From NCBI GenBank assembly GCA_964637295.1, contig CAZWWE010000001.1:20327-84326 (forward strand): 64,000 nucleotides of DNA, read 5' to 3'. Below are positions 16,875 to 26,729 of the stretch, in pieces (position 1 is the first letter of the stretch; each line of letters opens with the position of its first letter). Source of the stretch: an uncultured Pseudomonadales bacterium (GTDB lineage Bacteria > Patescibacteriota > Microgenomatia > UBA1400 > PJMF01). The notes below the pieces were generated by a model that did no database searches, had not been told where the DNA came from, and worked only from the letters and a program-made list of their open reading frames with translations. A program made the position numbers and the translations under genes.

Positions 16875-18962
16875 TTAAGCAACCTCAGTTCTTGATGCAG
16901 GATGGTGACAATTGATACATATACTTTTTGAAAAAATATACCATGGTCTTTCATCTTTGGGTGATTTTTGTTTATTTAATATCAATCTTTTAGTTTTTTT
17001 TAAAACCATTGTCAACAAGTATTTGTACATTTGATATCGATAAAAGTCACCAGTAAAATGCATGAATACTACAGGTGTTATCGATTTTCCCAATAGTTTA
17101 TGTTCGGGAAAAACTTGATATCTATTTTTATCTAAACGAAAACTAGGAATAATTTCTGCTATCAATACGTGAAGCGATTGTTCAATAATAGGAAACACTA
17201 ATTTTAATTCTATGTTAGCATGATGATCATAATCACGTCTTTGTTCGTTTAATTGCAGTATTAATTTAATAAAATCATCAATTTTTTTTACTGAAATATG
17301 TCTATGAAAAAGTGGTAAAGAAAACATTAGTAATCCTGAGTTGAGATGCTCAACTGTATGAGGCCGTTTTAATATGAAATCTGTTTCGGGAAAAGAAATA
17401 ACTGAAAAATTAGCGTAATCAGATAAAAAACCCATTTTGTTAGATTTGTTTTTTAGCCATTCTAAAATTTCTGTTGGTTTTTCAACAAAAAGCGTATCAC
17501 TATCAATTAATATTGACTTCCCGTTTTTTTCAAAAAAGAGAGGAATAAAAAACTTTTTACCTGACCAACCATAATTAAAAAATGCTTTTGCATAAGAAAA
17601 ATTTTTAATTTCTGGCAAGATCTTATCTTCAACTTCTCTTATTTTAAGTATTGAAATTCTAACCCTCTTAGTAAAGAGTTTTTCTATTATAAATTTATTG
17701 AAATGATTAAGACTAAAATCAAAATATAAATAATAGCGCAATCCTGGGATGAAATGGTTCAAGCTCAACATTGAAAAAATCGATATAAAAAAGTCTCTTT
17801 TTGAGATCACATAATATATTTTTGCCTCAGAAAATGAACTTGGTTTAGAAAGATAACTTTTTTCAAAAATTATCTGTAATAAAATTGCAAACTCACTGAT
17901 TATTCTTGCAATAAAAAGAAAAACGGAGAATCTCACAACAAAAAAGGTTGCAACTATTTTTGATTTATAAAACAGTTTCTTTAATTGATAAAAATCTGCT
18001 TGAATAAAATTCTTTTTTATTTGTAGTTTATAAAATATACTGAGTATATTTATCAAAAAAAGTGAATTATGTTTCAGTGGATATTTCGCTCTGTTTTTAC
18101 CAATACTATCAGCAAGTTTCAAATTATTTAACCATTTGTCGTAGTAAATAGACTCAGGATTGTTCCAAGGTTTGTCAATTTTCTCAGAACTAGCAAAGTG
18201 AAGTACTGGAGCTTTGCTTGAGACTATTCGTTTTTGAGAATCACTACTAGTTAAATTATAACAATAATTAAAAAGCATCGGAAGTTTTTGCCACTTCTTG
18301 GTAAAAACTAAATTAAATGCACCTTGCATTCCGTAGGCAGAAATTTGAGCAAACCGAGCCGAAGTATTAATTAACCTTTTGTGTAAAGATAAATTGATAA
18401 TATCTGTTGATAAAGCAAATACTCCAGCATTAAACGCAGTTTGATTCAAGTCATATTCAATCTTAAGCTCTTTCAATAATTGAAGACTAGAGGACATATC
18501 CAACTGAAGATTCTTTCTGAGAGTCGATCTTTTAATTCCAGAAATTATTTCAGTGCGAGATAAAAATTGATTTTCAAGTTTAGGGAATGCAATATCGGAA
18601 ACAGCAGCAAAACCCTTAACTTTAGTAAGATAATCTAAGCTGCCTTGAATAATAATGTCACTTTCTATAAAAACGACTTGTTTCCATTTCTTAAAATAAG
18701 GAGTGAAAACATCAAAAGCATTAAGGTAAACTGACGGAAACCACTTTGTACTAGGATGATCGCGATGCTGGAGCTGTTTAACTATTATGTTGTGAGACCT
18801 AAACCATTTTAACTCCTCCTTAGGTGCTTTGTTAACAATAAACAGGAAGTCTCCGTCCCAACCGCCAAAGTGATATGCGCTCGAAAAAAGTTGTTTTACC
18901 TGAGAAAGGTAATTACCGTCACCCATAGTAACTAGCAATTTATCTTTGGCAACATTAGGCAT
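16875..18962 (-). CDS. Two-domain GT8-like glycosyltransferase with a central hydrophobic segment
   Basis: FIESDII, FNAGV, QGAFN, HFA...KPW; second domain LIDSDTLF, LNSGL, IEQS, HFTG. Confidence 0.8.
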   Translation of the reverse strand: MPNVAKDKLLVTMGDGNYLSQVKQLFSSAYHFGGWDGDFLFIVNKAPKEELKWFRSHNIIVKQLQHRDHPSTKWFPSVYLNAFDVFTPYFKKWKQVVFIESDIIIQGSLDYLTKVKGFAAVSDIAFPKLENQFLSRTEIISGIKRSTLRKNLQLDMSSSLQLLKELKIEYDLNQTAFNAGVFALSTDIINLSLHKRLINTSARFAQISAYGMQGAFNLVFTKKWQKLPMLFNYCYNLTSSDSQKRIVSSKAPVLHFASSEKIDKPWNNPESIYYDKWLNNLKLADSIGKNRAKYPLKHNSLFLINILSIFYKLQIKKNFIQADFYQLKKLFYKSKIVATFFVVRFSVFLFIARIISEFAILLQIIFEKSYLSKPSSFSEAKIYYVISKRDFFISIFSMLSLNHFIPGLRYYLYFDFSLNHFNKFIIEKLFTKRVRISILKIREVEDKILPEIKNFSYAKAFFNYGWSGKKFFIPLFFEKNGKSILIDSDTLFVEKPTEILEWLKNKSNKMGFLSDYANFSVISFPETDFILKRPHTVEHLNSGLLMFSLPLFHRHISVKKIDDFIKLILQLNEQRRDYDHHANIELKLVFPIIEQSLHVLIAEIIPSFRLDKNRYQVFPEHKLLGKSITPVVFMHFTGDFYRYQMYKYLLTMVLKKTKRLILNKQKSPKDERPWYIFSKSICINCHHPASRTEVA

Positions 18963-19184
18963 AAATTATTTTTCTCAAAATTTTTACAATGAAGACCTAT
19001 CTATAAATTAAACATTTTCAAGTTACCATATTCTTGACGAAGTATAACATATAAAGCGATGATCAATGATCATATCATGAAACAAGTATTTTAATCTAAT
19101 TCAACATATAATAAACAACGCATAATTGAACTACTTTTAACTACTGTGTTATAAAGTTCCAATTTTTAGTGATATGTAATATAA

Positions 19185-19403
19185 TTTAGCGACGGTTTAC
19201 CAGAAAGAATTTCTTCACCTGAAGTTGGCAGGGTAATCGAAAATTTAGAAGTCGAAACCGTTGCAAAAGTTTTAAACCAACAGCTTGCAAATGAACCCAC
19301 AAGTATTCACTGCCAAAAAAATGTACTTTGCGATTGGCGCATCGCTGCTATAGACATCATCACCGCTTATTATCAACATTTAAGAACAAAGCTCACTAAC
19401 TAA
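19185..19403 (+). pseudogene. 5'-truncated gene remnant (possibly a GT-B glycosyltransferase C-terminus)
   Basis: Start-less 72-codon frame FSDGLPERISSPEVGRVIENLEVETVAKVLNQQL...W..AA.DI..YY..L. Confidence 0.5.
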
Positions 19404-19425
19404 AAATTAAATGTTATATTAATTT

Positions 19426-20385
19426 GTGCATAAAAACTCAGTTCTATCAACCGAAGCTAGCAATTTTCTCAAAGGTTTAGCGATCCTTTTAGTCATATTG
19501 GTGCACACCCTCTCTAGTTTTCAAGAATCAGTGTTTGTCGGTTTTCATGGACGCTTTCAAACTTTAGCCGTTTTGATCGATAAAATCTGTCGATTTTCAG
19601 TGCCTTTATTCGTGGCTCTTTCTGGTTACGGTCTCAGTCAAAGATACTTCCAAAAACCACTCCATTTTGGCGAATTTTTGCGTCATCGACTATGGAAGCT
19701 AATCCCCAAATATTTACTCTGGTCTGCAATTATGATTTTGGCCGTCAAAATCATTCCTGCTTGGCACTCGGATCGCCCTAGTCCGCCTTTATCATTACTT
19801 TTGCTTTTGGGCTATGCTGACTATCATTTATATTTTGTGCCGATGATTTTGCAACTTTATTTATTATTTCCCATCTTGCGCTTTTTTTATGGAAGATGGC
19901 CCAATTTAACTTTATTTTTAGCTTTATTAATTCAAATTATGTGGTTTGCCAGCTTTAGTTATCAACAAAAATTACCTTTTAATTGGTCGATTTTTGCGGC
20001 TGATCACGAGCAATATCTGTGGGCCAGTAATTGGATTTTTTATTTTGTTTTGGGCATGGCTCTGCCAAGAATTTTAATTTGGCTCAGACAAAAAACCTTT
20101 GTTTGGAATTTAATTCTAATAACCTGCCTACTAATTGGCTGGCTCGCTTTAAGCATCAATGCGATTGCTCGTATTCAGATGGGCATTGATCCTTTATTAG
20201 TTTTGCGTTTTACTCAGTACAGCATGATTGCTTGGGTAAGTTTAGGCATTATTAGCTTGAGTTTTTTTGCCAGTCAATTAAAAACTGTGCCCAAAATCAT
20301 GCTTTGGCTTGGTCAAAAATCTTATGATCTCTATCTAAGTCACACCCTTTTACTTCGCCTCGTTTTTAGCTTCTTTGTTTGGTAA
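19426..20385 (+). CDS. Acyltransferase family 3 membrane protein
   Basis: LKGLAILLVILVH, RFSVPLFVALSGY, YHLYFV..ILQLYLLFP, SYDLYLSH. Confidence 0.9.
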   Translation: MHKNSVLSTEASNFLKGLAILLVILVHTLSSFQESVFVGFHGRFQTLAVLIDKICRFSVPLFVALSGYGLSQRYFQKPLHFGEFLRHRLWKLIPKYLLWSAIMILAVKIIPAWHSDRPSPPLSLLLLLGYADYHLYFVPMILQLYLLFPILRFFYGRWPNLTLFLALLIQIMWFASFSYQQKLPFNWSIFAADHEQYLWASNWIFYFVLGMALPRILIWLRQKTFVWNLILITCLLIGWLALSINAIARIQMGIDPLLVLRFTQYSMIAWVSLGIISLSFFASQLKTVPKIMLWLGQKSYDLYLSHTLLLRLVFSFFVW

Positions 20386-20434
20386 AATACAAATTGTTTC
20401 AAGACTAGTTTCACTTGGTAGTCTTTAAAAAAAT

Positions 20435-21265
20435 ATGAGAAAAAAAATTAAATTAGTGGCCTTGTTTTTATTACTTTTAGTTTTTGGTGTTGCCGGGTTT
20501 TTATATAGCAAAAAAAAGCCCTCCAAGCAAACACCGAATGACCAAGCTGTGCCTAATCAAGTCGCACAAAAAAAAACAGAATCAACTTATTTAATTGACG
20601 GCTTTCCACTAGAAGAAATTCCTTTGTATCAGCTCAACAAAATCAGTTCAAGCAAAATTTTCATCAATACTGATCCAAAAAACACTTCTGTTTTCGACGA
20701 AAGTAATTTTGCTTATTACAATGTCGTCTTTGATTCAAATGCTAGTCAAGAAGAATTGCTTAATTACTATCGCGGCTTAATGACTCAAAAATTGGAGGAG
20801 GGCTCTAGTCAAGAAACAGTAAGAGGCTCTATCGGAGCCTATAAGGTGTCAATTAGCCATTACGGAGATCAAACTGCTTATTTACAAGTGCATTTACCCG
20901 ATTATCAAGATGCTCGCTTGACTCAATATTTTACTGAATTTCCCAAGATTTTTGAGGTAAATGAAACTCTGCTTAGTGAAGCTGAAAAATCTTATGGACT
21001 GCTCAATCAAAAAGGTGGAGAACTTGAATTTACTAAATATTTTACTGTAATTGACAGTGGTGATCAAAATCAAGACGGGCAAGACGATGTGGACGAGTTT
21101 GCTCTGTTGCTCAAAGAAGCTCAAGAAAAAAATCAAGCTAAAACCAATTACACTTTTGATGAAAAAACTGCTACTATGCAGTGGTCAGAACAAAACTTTA
21201 ATATTACCCTGGCTTTTGCCAAAAATCATCAGCGCCTCTACCTAATGCTACGTCAAAATATCTAG
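20435..21265 (+). CDS. Hypothetical membrane-anchored/secreted protein
   Basis: N-terminal TM anchor, 276 aa; EF-hand-like DQNQDGQDD loop. Confidence 0.7.
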   Translation: MRKKIKLVALFLLLLVFGVAGFLYSKKKPSKQTPNDQAVPNQVAQKKTESTYLIDGFPLEEIPLYQLNKISSSKIFINTDPKNTSVFDESNFAYYNVVFDSNASQEELLNYYRGLMTQKLEEGSSQETVRGSIGAYKVSISHYGDQTAYLQVHLPDYQDARLTQYFTEFPKIFEVNETLLSEAEKSYGLLNQKGGELEFTKYFTVIDSGDQNQDGQDDVDEFALLLKEAQEKNQAKTNYTFDEKTATMQWSEQNFNITLAFAKNHQRLYLMLRQNI

Positions 21266-21279
21266 AAAGACCAAAAACA

Positions 21280-21456
21280 ATGATAGAAATAGGTGGAAAA
21301 AAACCAACATTGGAACAAGCCACGAAGGAAGAAATTATTGCTGCTTATCAACAACTTTGTGCCGGTGATAAGAGCAACAACAAAGCAATTGAAATACTCA
21401 TTGAGAGGTTTGGAGAAGAAGCGGTTATTGAAGTCATGCCCAAGATCTTTAAATAG
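21280..21456 (+). CDS. Small hypothetical protein (58 aa)
   Basis: MIEIGGKKPTLEQATKEEIIAAYQQLCAG...MPKIFK*; same strand as its neighbours, below the ORF-track cutoff. Confidence 0.55.
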   Translation: MIEIGGKKPTLEQATKEEIIAAYQQLCAGDKSNNKAIEILIERFGEEAVIEVMPKIFK

Positions 21457-21482
21457 ATGAAGAGTTAAAAAAAATTTGATTA

Positions 21483-21567
21483 GGAGAGATCGCATAGTGG
21501 CCGAGTGCAGCGGTTTACTAAACCGCCATAGCGCAAGCTATCCAGGGTTCGAATCCCTGTCTCTCCG
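21483..21567 (+). tRNA. tRNA-Ser(ACT), rare A34 anticodon
   Basis: Acceptor GGAGAGA/TCTCTCC, G73, anticodon arm GCGGT-TTACTAA-ACCGC, variable arm ATAGC-GCAA-GCTAT, T-arm CAGGG-TTCGAAT-CCCTG. Confidence 0.93.
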
Positions 21568-21871
21568 CAAAGATCTGAAGCTTAATAAAACCGATAGCAC
21601 TTGTTAAAAGTAAAGTGTTTCTCATTCTTTCGCTAAACTTACTTCCTCAAGAATAACATCGTCTATCTCAATAGTTTCTTTTGTGAAATCGCGAATCTCT
21701 TTAGATAAAGATATTTTAAAAACAAAATTATTTAAAGTAGCCAAGTTAGATAAAACTTCTCCAGTGATAGTGAAAATGCCTACAATCGTTGACGAAACAA
21801 AAATACTTGTTGCTGAAAAGTATGGTAAAAATATTTCTCCAATTCTCCTGTGTATATCTGCTCTCTACAAA

Positions 21872-22951
21872 CTAGCCCTCTCGATTTTTGACAAAACTAA
21901 ACAAATCTAGCAATAATTTTTTTGCCTCCAAGTTAAGACTTGTTTGATCAAGCAGACTCATAAAATTTACTTCATATTGCTCAATCATCTGAGTAATTTT
22001 TTGGACAATCTTTAGATCACGCAGGGCTTTTTGCGTGGCTTCAATTTGTTTTTGGCTCAGTTTAGTTTGGCCAAAATATTGGAGCACCTGTCGATAAGCT
22101 TGATTTTTATTTTGGCGCAAAGCTTGGGTTAAAAAATAAAGATGAAAAGTTTTTTTATTTTCAATAATGTCGTTGCCTAAATTTTTACCCGTGATTTTAG
22201 GGTCGCCAAATAAGCTTAATTGATCATCAGTGATTTGAAAAACCATACCTAAGGCTTCAGAGGCTTGGTCTAACAAAATCAAATCTTTTTCTGGCAAATC
22301 AGCTAATAAGGCGGCTAAAATAATTGGCACCGTAAAGGTGTAGCGGGCAGTTTTATATTGATAAATGGTTTTAATGGCTTTTAAGTTTACGCGACTTTGC
22401 TTTTTACCTAGAAGCACTTCTTCCCACTGTGCGAAGCCGAGATGACTATATTCTTGCGACAATAAATTGAAAATGGCTTGTCGTTTTTGATCAACTGATT
22501 TGGCAATTTCACCAAAAGCAATAAAAAAACACACATCGGTGGCACATAATAAAGCACTGGTAGCATAGTGCTTTGGATTTTTAATCTGTTGCAAACGCGC
22601 CAAGCGCAATCTTTGACTAAAGAAAGTAATCATGCCGCGTCTTTGACTATCCTGATCCATATAATCGTCTTGAATTAATAAACTGCTGTGAATCAGTTCT
22701 AGAGCCGCAGCAATCGGCAAATATTGCTTCATTTTGCTTTTCAGATCAGGCTTCACGACACTTAGAAATTCCAAGAAAAGCCCACCGCGCACGGTTTTAC
22801 CAGCAATTAAAAACTGATCCAAGTAATCAAAAGTTGCTTTAGCCACGGAATGCTGATTATAAATTTCTCTTTGTTCATTAATTAATTGCTTGATATATAG
22901 ATCTATTTGCTTTTTTCTCTTTTCAAGAAAAATTAATTGTTTTTTTGCCAT
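21872..22951 (-). CDS. crtE: Polyprenyl (geranylgeranyl) diphosphate synthase, CrtE/IdsA-like
   Basis: GKTVRG, LELIHSSLLIQDDYMDQDSQRRG, KTARYT, FQITDD, DIIENKKT. Confidence 0.85.
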   Translation of the reverse strand: MAKKQLIFLEKRKKQIDLYIKQLINEQREIYNQHSVAKATFDYLDQFLIAGKTVRGGLFLEFLSVVKPDLKSKMKQYLPIAAALELIHSSLLIQDDYMDQDSQRRGMITFFSQRLRLARLQQIKNPKHYATSALLCATDVCFFIAFGEIAKSVDQKRQAIFNLLSQEYSHLGFAQWEEVLLGKKQSRVNLKAIKTIYQYKTARYTFTVPIILAALLADLPEKDLILLDQASEALGMVFQITDDQLSLFGDPKITGKNLGNDIIENKKTFHLYFLTQALRQNKNQAYRQVLQYFGQTKLSQKQIEATQKALRDLKIVQKITQMIEQYEVNFMSLLDQTSLNLEAKKLLLDLFSFVKNREG

Positions 22952-23606
22952 AAACACTTTTTAAAATTAATAAATAAAACATCATTCCATAAATAAAATC
23001 TTCCAGTGGAATGGTCAAAATCATTAAGCCACTTTTATAAATTGGATTATAAGTCACAATTGGCAAAGCTGTTAAATAATAATTAAAAATTAAAGTCATG
23101 AAAACAGTAAACAGCAAAGCCAAAAATTCTGCTTTGCTTAAATTCAATAAATCTTTTAGCAAGATCAACATCAGCAACAACATACTAGCGGAGTACCACC
23201 ACGATTGACTCAAGGCAAATAACAATAAAATTGCTAAAACTAGATACAAAATAAATAAGCACAAGTGATTTTTACTTTGCCAAGCTTTTTGGCTCAAATT
23301 TTGCCAATTTAATAAAGGCAAATTTTCCAAAAAAGTTAATAAACCAAAAGGCACAGTGATAAAAAACAAAATTTCTTCGATGGGCAGTTTAAAAATTTTT
23401 GGCAAAGGCAAAACATAAAAATCATTAAAAAACCACCAATGATTGCTAACCAAAGCATCATTGAGCACAAAAAGCAAAGTTACTGGCAAAATTTTGGGTA
23501 AAAGCTTGATTGGCAAAGTCATTTTTCTATAAAAAAGTTTGGCTACTAAAATTGAGCCCAAAACTAAAATATGAAAGAATAAATAAGAAAAATTGTTGAA
23601 TTGCAT
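22923..23606 (-). CDS. Membrane lycopene cyclase (CrtYc/Yd-type fused domains)
   Basis: Two repeats with PIEEILFF and PLEDFIYG motifs; very hydrophobic; in the crt operon. Confidence 0.85.
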   Translation of the reverse strand: MQFNNFSYLFFHILVLGSILVAKLFYRKMTLPIKLLPKILPVTLLFVLNDALVSNHWWFFNDFYVLPLPKIFKLPIEEILFFITVPFGLLTFLENLPLLNWQNLSQKAWQSKNHLCLFILYLVLAILLLFALSQSWWYSASMLLLMLILLKDLLNLSKAEFLALLFTVFMTLIFNYYLTALPIVTYNPIYKSGLMILTIPLEDFIYGMMFYLLILKSVYGKKTINFS

Positions 23607-23610
23607 ATTT

Positions 23611-24468
23611 CTAATACCTTAAACATAAAAAAACATTTTTAAGTAGAGTCAAGAAAACGATCAATTTCGAAGGCTTAATTTTTTGTTCAAAAACCTTTAG
23701 CGGTTGCTTGGCAATGCGTCTTGCTGTCCACTGATATAAATCAGCGGTGGTTTTGATAGGCACTAAACTTAAATAAGGAATATAAGCATAACCTCGCTCT
23801 GCAAATTTTTGTTTAGCCTGATAAAGTTTAATTTCAAAACGAATCAAAGCAATGATTTTTTTTCGCTCTGTCTCATCACCAAGATTGAGTGAGCAAAAAT
23901 TTTTTAATTGAAATTTTTGCAAATCAGACACAGGCAAATACTGTCTTTGTAATTCGCAGTCTTCTTTGAGATCACGAATAAAATTGATGTGTTGCATCGC
24001 TGCTCCCAAAGCACGAGCGTAAACGAAAGCTTGTTCATTTAGCTCTAAAATTTTTGCCATCATCAACCCAATAGTTTCAGCGCTGCCATGGACATATTTA
24101 GCGAGCTCTGCTTCATTTTGATAAATCAGCCATTGCTTGGGTTTTTGTAAATCACTGGACATGGAATGAAAAAAAGCCTCAACCCAAGCAAGATCAAAGT
24201 TTTTAACTTTGGCTAATTTAACGAAACGCTGAATATATAAATTATGATCGTTGGCGATCATTTTTTTGCCTTGAAAACAGGCGCGAGTGTTATTAATAAA
24301 AAGGGTTAAGTTTTTTCGATCCTGAGGTATTTGATCCACAAAATTATCAGCAATTCTCACAAAAGCGTATAAATCTCTAACTTGTTGGAAAATCTTTTTC
24401 TGAAAAAACAAACTACTGTAATAATAGGTTGTGCTAGAATTTTTAAATACTTCTTGACTCTCGTTCAT
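23611..24468 (-). CDS. crtB: Phytoene synthase
   Basis: STTYYYSSLFF, LYAFVRIADNFVD, YVHGSAETIGLMM, NFIRDLKED. Confidence 0.92.
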   Translation of the reverse strand: MNESQEVFKNSSTTYYYSSLFFQKKIFQQVRDLYAFVRIADNFVDQIPQDRKNLTLFINNTRACFQGKKMIANDHNLYIQRFVKLAKVKNFDLAWVEAFFHSMSSDLQKPKQWLIYQNEAELAKYVHGSAETIGLMMAKILELNEQAFVYARALGAAMQHINFIRDLKEDCELQRQYLPVSDLQKFQLKNFCSLNLGDETERKKIIALIRFEIKLYQAKQKFAERGYAYIPYLSLVPIKTTADLYQWTARRIAKQPLKVFEQKIKPSKLIVFLTLLKNVFLCLRY

Positions 24469-25958
24469 GTTGACGATTCATTGGTAATTAAATCTGCGAC
24501 GTATTTGGCAGATAAAAGCACCATTGGCACTCCCACACCGGGTTGGGTAAATTGCCCAGTATAGTATAAACCGCGCAAATGCTTGGATTTCATATTGGGC
24601 CGCAAAAAAACGCTCTGACTTAAACGATGACTGAGACCCAAAGCATTCCCCCCGTAAGCAAAATAGTCCTTCGCGAAATCATTTTGCGCATAAATTTTTT
24701 GATAGATAATATTCTGTATAAATTTTTCACCAATTTTATTCTCCACATGAACTAAGGTTCTGGCCACATAGGCTTCCAGGTCTTGGGTAGTGGTTTTAAT
24801 GCTCACCGGCACTAGTAAAAATAAATTCTCTTGATTTGCCGGAGCGATACTGGGATCAGTGATTGAGGGAGCAGACAGGTAAAAATTGGGTTCCTCTGGC
24901 CAATGACTGCTTTTTTGAATGGTGGTGAAGTGCTGATTCCAGTTTTTTTGAAAATAAAAATTATGATGTCTCAAGCGGGTTAACTTTTTACTTATTCCTA
25001 GATAAACTAAAACGCAGGCAATCGAAAAATCCTTTTGCTGCCAATATTTTGCTGGATATTGCTGTTGATCGCTCGTTAATAAATTTAATTCCGTAAAAGG
25101 ATAATCAGCACTGGAAACAACGATATCGGCTGCGAGATGTAGTTTTTGCTTTTGGTAAAGATAATCTATACCATCGACTTTTTTTGTTTGCAATGTGCTA
25201 GTGATTTTTTGCACGGTCGCTTCTTTGATGATTTTGACCCCATGTTGCAAACAAATTTGTTCCAGAGCTTCAACTAATTTAATCATGCCGCCCATGGGAT
25301 ACCAAATTTTTTCTCGAAAATCAGCACTAATCAAAATGCTGTAGAGCGCCGGTGTAGAAAATGGTTCACCACCCAAAAAAACTGTTTGAAATTCAAAAAT
25401 TTTTTGCAAAAAAGGATCTGACACGTATTTTTTAACTAAGCGATGATAGTTTTGCAGAGGATTAAAAATTGAACAAATTTTTAAAAAATTAACCAGCAAG
25501 GAAAAATTAAAAAAATCACTGATTTTTAAATACGGTTGATCAAGAAAATGATTAACTGCTAAATCATAAACTTGATCAGTTTTACGAAGTAATTGACGAA
25601 TTTTTAGACTACTGCCTGGAGCAAGTTTTTCAAAAATCGCTAAATTCTGTTGCAAATCAGACACAAAGTCAACTGGCGCCACATCATCAACAAACACTCG
25701 ATATTTGTTTTTTAACTCTTGCAGAGTAAAAAATTTTTTAGTACTCGTGCCCAATGCTTGAAAAATGCTTTCAATCACTTCTGGCATCATGTACCAAGAA
25801 GGACCCATGTCAAAAAGAAAGCCCTTGTCTTTTAGCGCTCTAGCTCGCCCGCCCAAAGTAGCATTTTTTTCCAACAAAGTAACTTGGTGACCTTTTTTGG
25901 CCAAAAAAGCGCTTGTTGCCAAACCACTTAATCCTCCACCGATCACGGCAATTTCCAT
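24465..25958 (-). CDS. crtI: Phytoene desaturase
   Basis: GGGLSGL FAD motif, LEKN..LGGRA, FDMGPSWYMMP, YPMGGM, GQFTQPGVGVPMVLLS. Confidence 0.93.
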   Translation of the reverse strand: MEIAVIGGGLSGLATSAFLAKKGHQVTLLEKNATLGGRARALKDKGFLFDMGPSWYMMPEVIESIFQALGTSTKKFFTLQELKNKYRVFVDDVAPVDFVSDLQQNLAIFEKLAPGSSLKIRQLLRKTDQVYDLAVNHFLDQPYLKISDFFNFSLLVNFLKICSIFNPLQNYHRLVKKYVSDPFLQKIFEFQTVFLGGEPFSTPALYSILISADFREKIWYPMGGMIKLVEALEQICLQHGVKIIKEATVQKITSTLQTKKVDGIDYLYQKQKLHLAADIVVSSADYPFTELNLLTSDQQQYPAKYWQQKDFSIACVLVYLGISKKLTRLRHHNFYFQKNWNQHFTTIQKSSHWPEEPNFYLSAPSITDPSIAPANQENLFLLVPVSIKTTTQDLEAYVARTLVHVENKIGEKFIQNIIYQKIYAQNDFAKDYFAYGGNALGLSHRLSQSVFLRPNMKSKHLRGLYYTGQFTQPGVGVPMVLLSAKYVADLITNESST

Positions 25959-26002
25959 AGCTATATGATAACAAAATCTTTACATTTCTGCCTCTCTGAT
26001 CC

Positions 26003-26725
26003 ATGATTAATCGATCTATGTCTTCACCATTCACTAGCTTACAACACAAGTTGCTTCAAAACGCTGATTCAAAAACTCAAGAATCTGGTCAAAGATTTTT
26101 TAAAGAAAAAATCAAAATATATGGCGTCAAAACCGCTACTGTGGGAAAAATTGGTAAAGAAATTTTTAAAGAAATTAAAGACGAAAATAAAAAAGTTGTT
26201 TTTGATTTCTGTGAAGAGCTTTGGCAATCAGGCTATATGGAAGAAACCTTTATCGCTTGTAACTGGTCATATAATGTCTGGAAACAATATGAAAAGGATG
26301 ATTTTGCAATTTTTGAAAGATGGATCAATCAATACATTAATAACTGGGCATCTTGTGATACTTTTTGTAACCACACTATGGGCAAATTTATCGAATTATT
26401 TCCGGAATATATTAATAAACTAAAAAAATGGACTCAGTCAAAAAATCGCTGGGTCAAAAGAGCTAGCGCCGTCTCCCTTATTATTCCTGCGAGAAACGGC
26501 CAATTCTTAAAAGATATTTTTGAAATTGCTGATAGTTTATTATTAGACCCAGACGATATGGTACAAAAAGGCTATGGCTGGTTGCTTAAAGTAGCTAGTC
26601 AAGCTCATCAACAAGAAGTTTTTGCTTACGTCATGAAGAATAAAACAGTAATGCCACGAACCGCTTTGCGTTATGCCATCGAAAAAATGCCAACCAAACT
26701 AAAGAAAAAAGCTATGGCTAAGTAA
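26003..26725 (+). CDS. DNA alkylation repair protein (AlkD-like)
   Basis: FFKE...YGVKT, NNWASCD, NRWVKRAS, DMVQKGYGWLLK, MPRTALRYAIE. Confidence 0.9.
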   Translation: MINRSMSSPFTSLQHKLLQNADSKTQESGQRFFKEKIKIYGVKTATVGKIGKEIFKEIKDENKKVVFDFCEELWQSGYMEETFIACNWSYNVWKQYEKDDFAIFERWINQYINNWASCDTFCNHTMGKFIELFPEYINKLKKWTQSKNRWVKRASAVSLIIPARNGQFLKDIFEIADSLLLDPDDMVQKGYGWLLKVASQAHQQEVFAYVMKNKTVMPRTALRYAIEKMPTKLKKKAMAK

Positions 26726-26729
26726 AACT

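Noticed and set aside
21483-21567. AGA reassignment to Ser, or an alternative genetic code
   Set aside because: AGA occupies a conserved Arg position (ftsE IARAL); TGA ends genes normally (e.g. 6806-6808) and conserved ORFs are intact under code 11
21262-21910. ORF-track entries 21262-21495 (-) and 21683-21910 (+)
   Set aside because: The first overlaps the tRNA and a better plus-strand small ORF; the second overlaps the crtE end and has no recognisable motif or RBS
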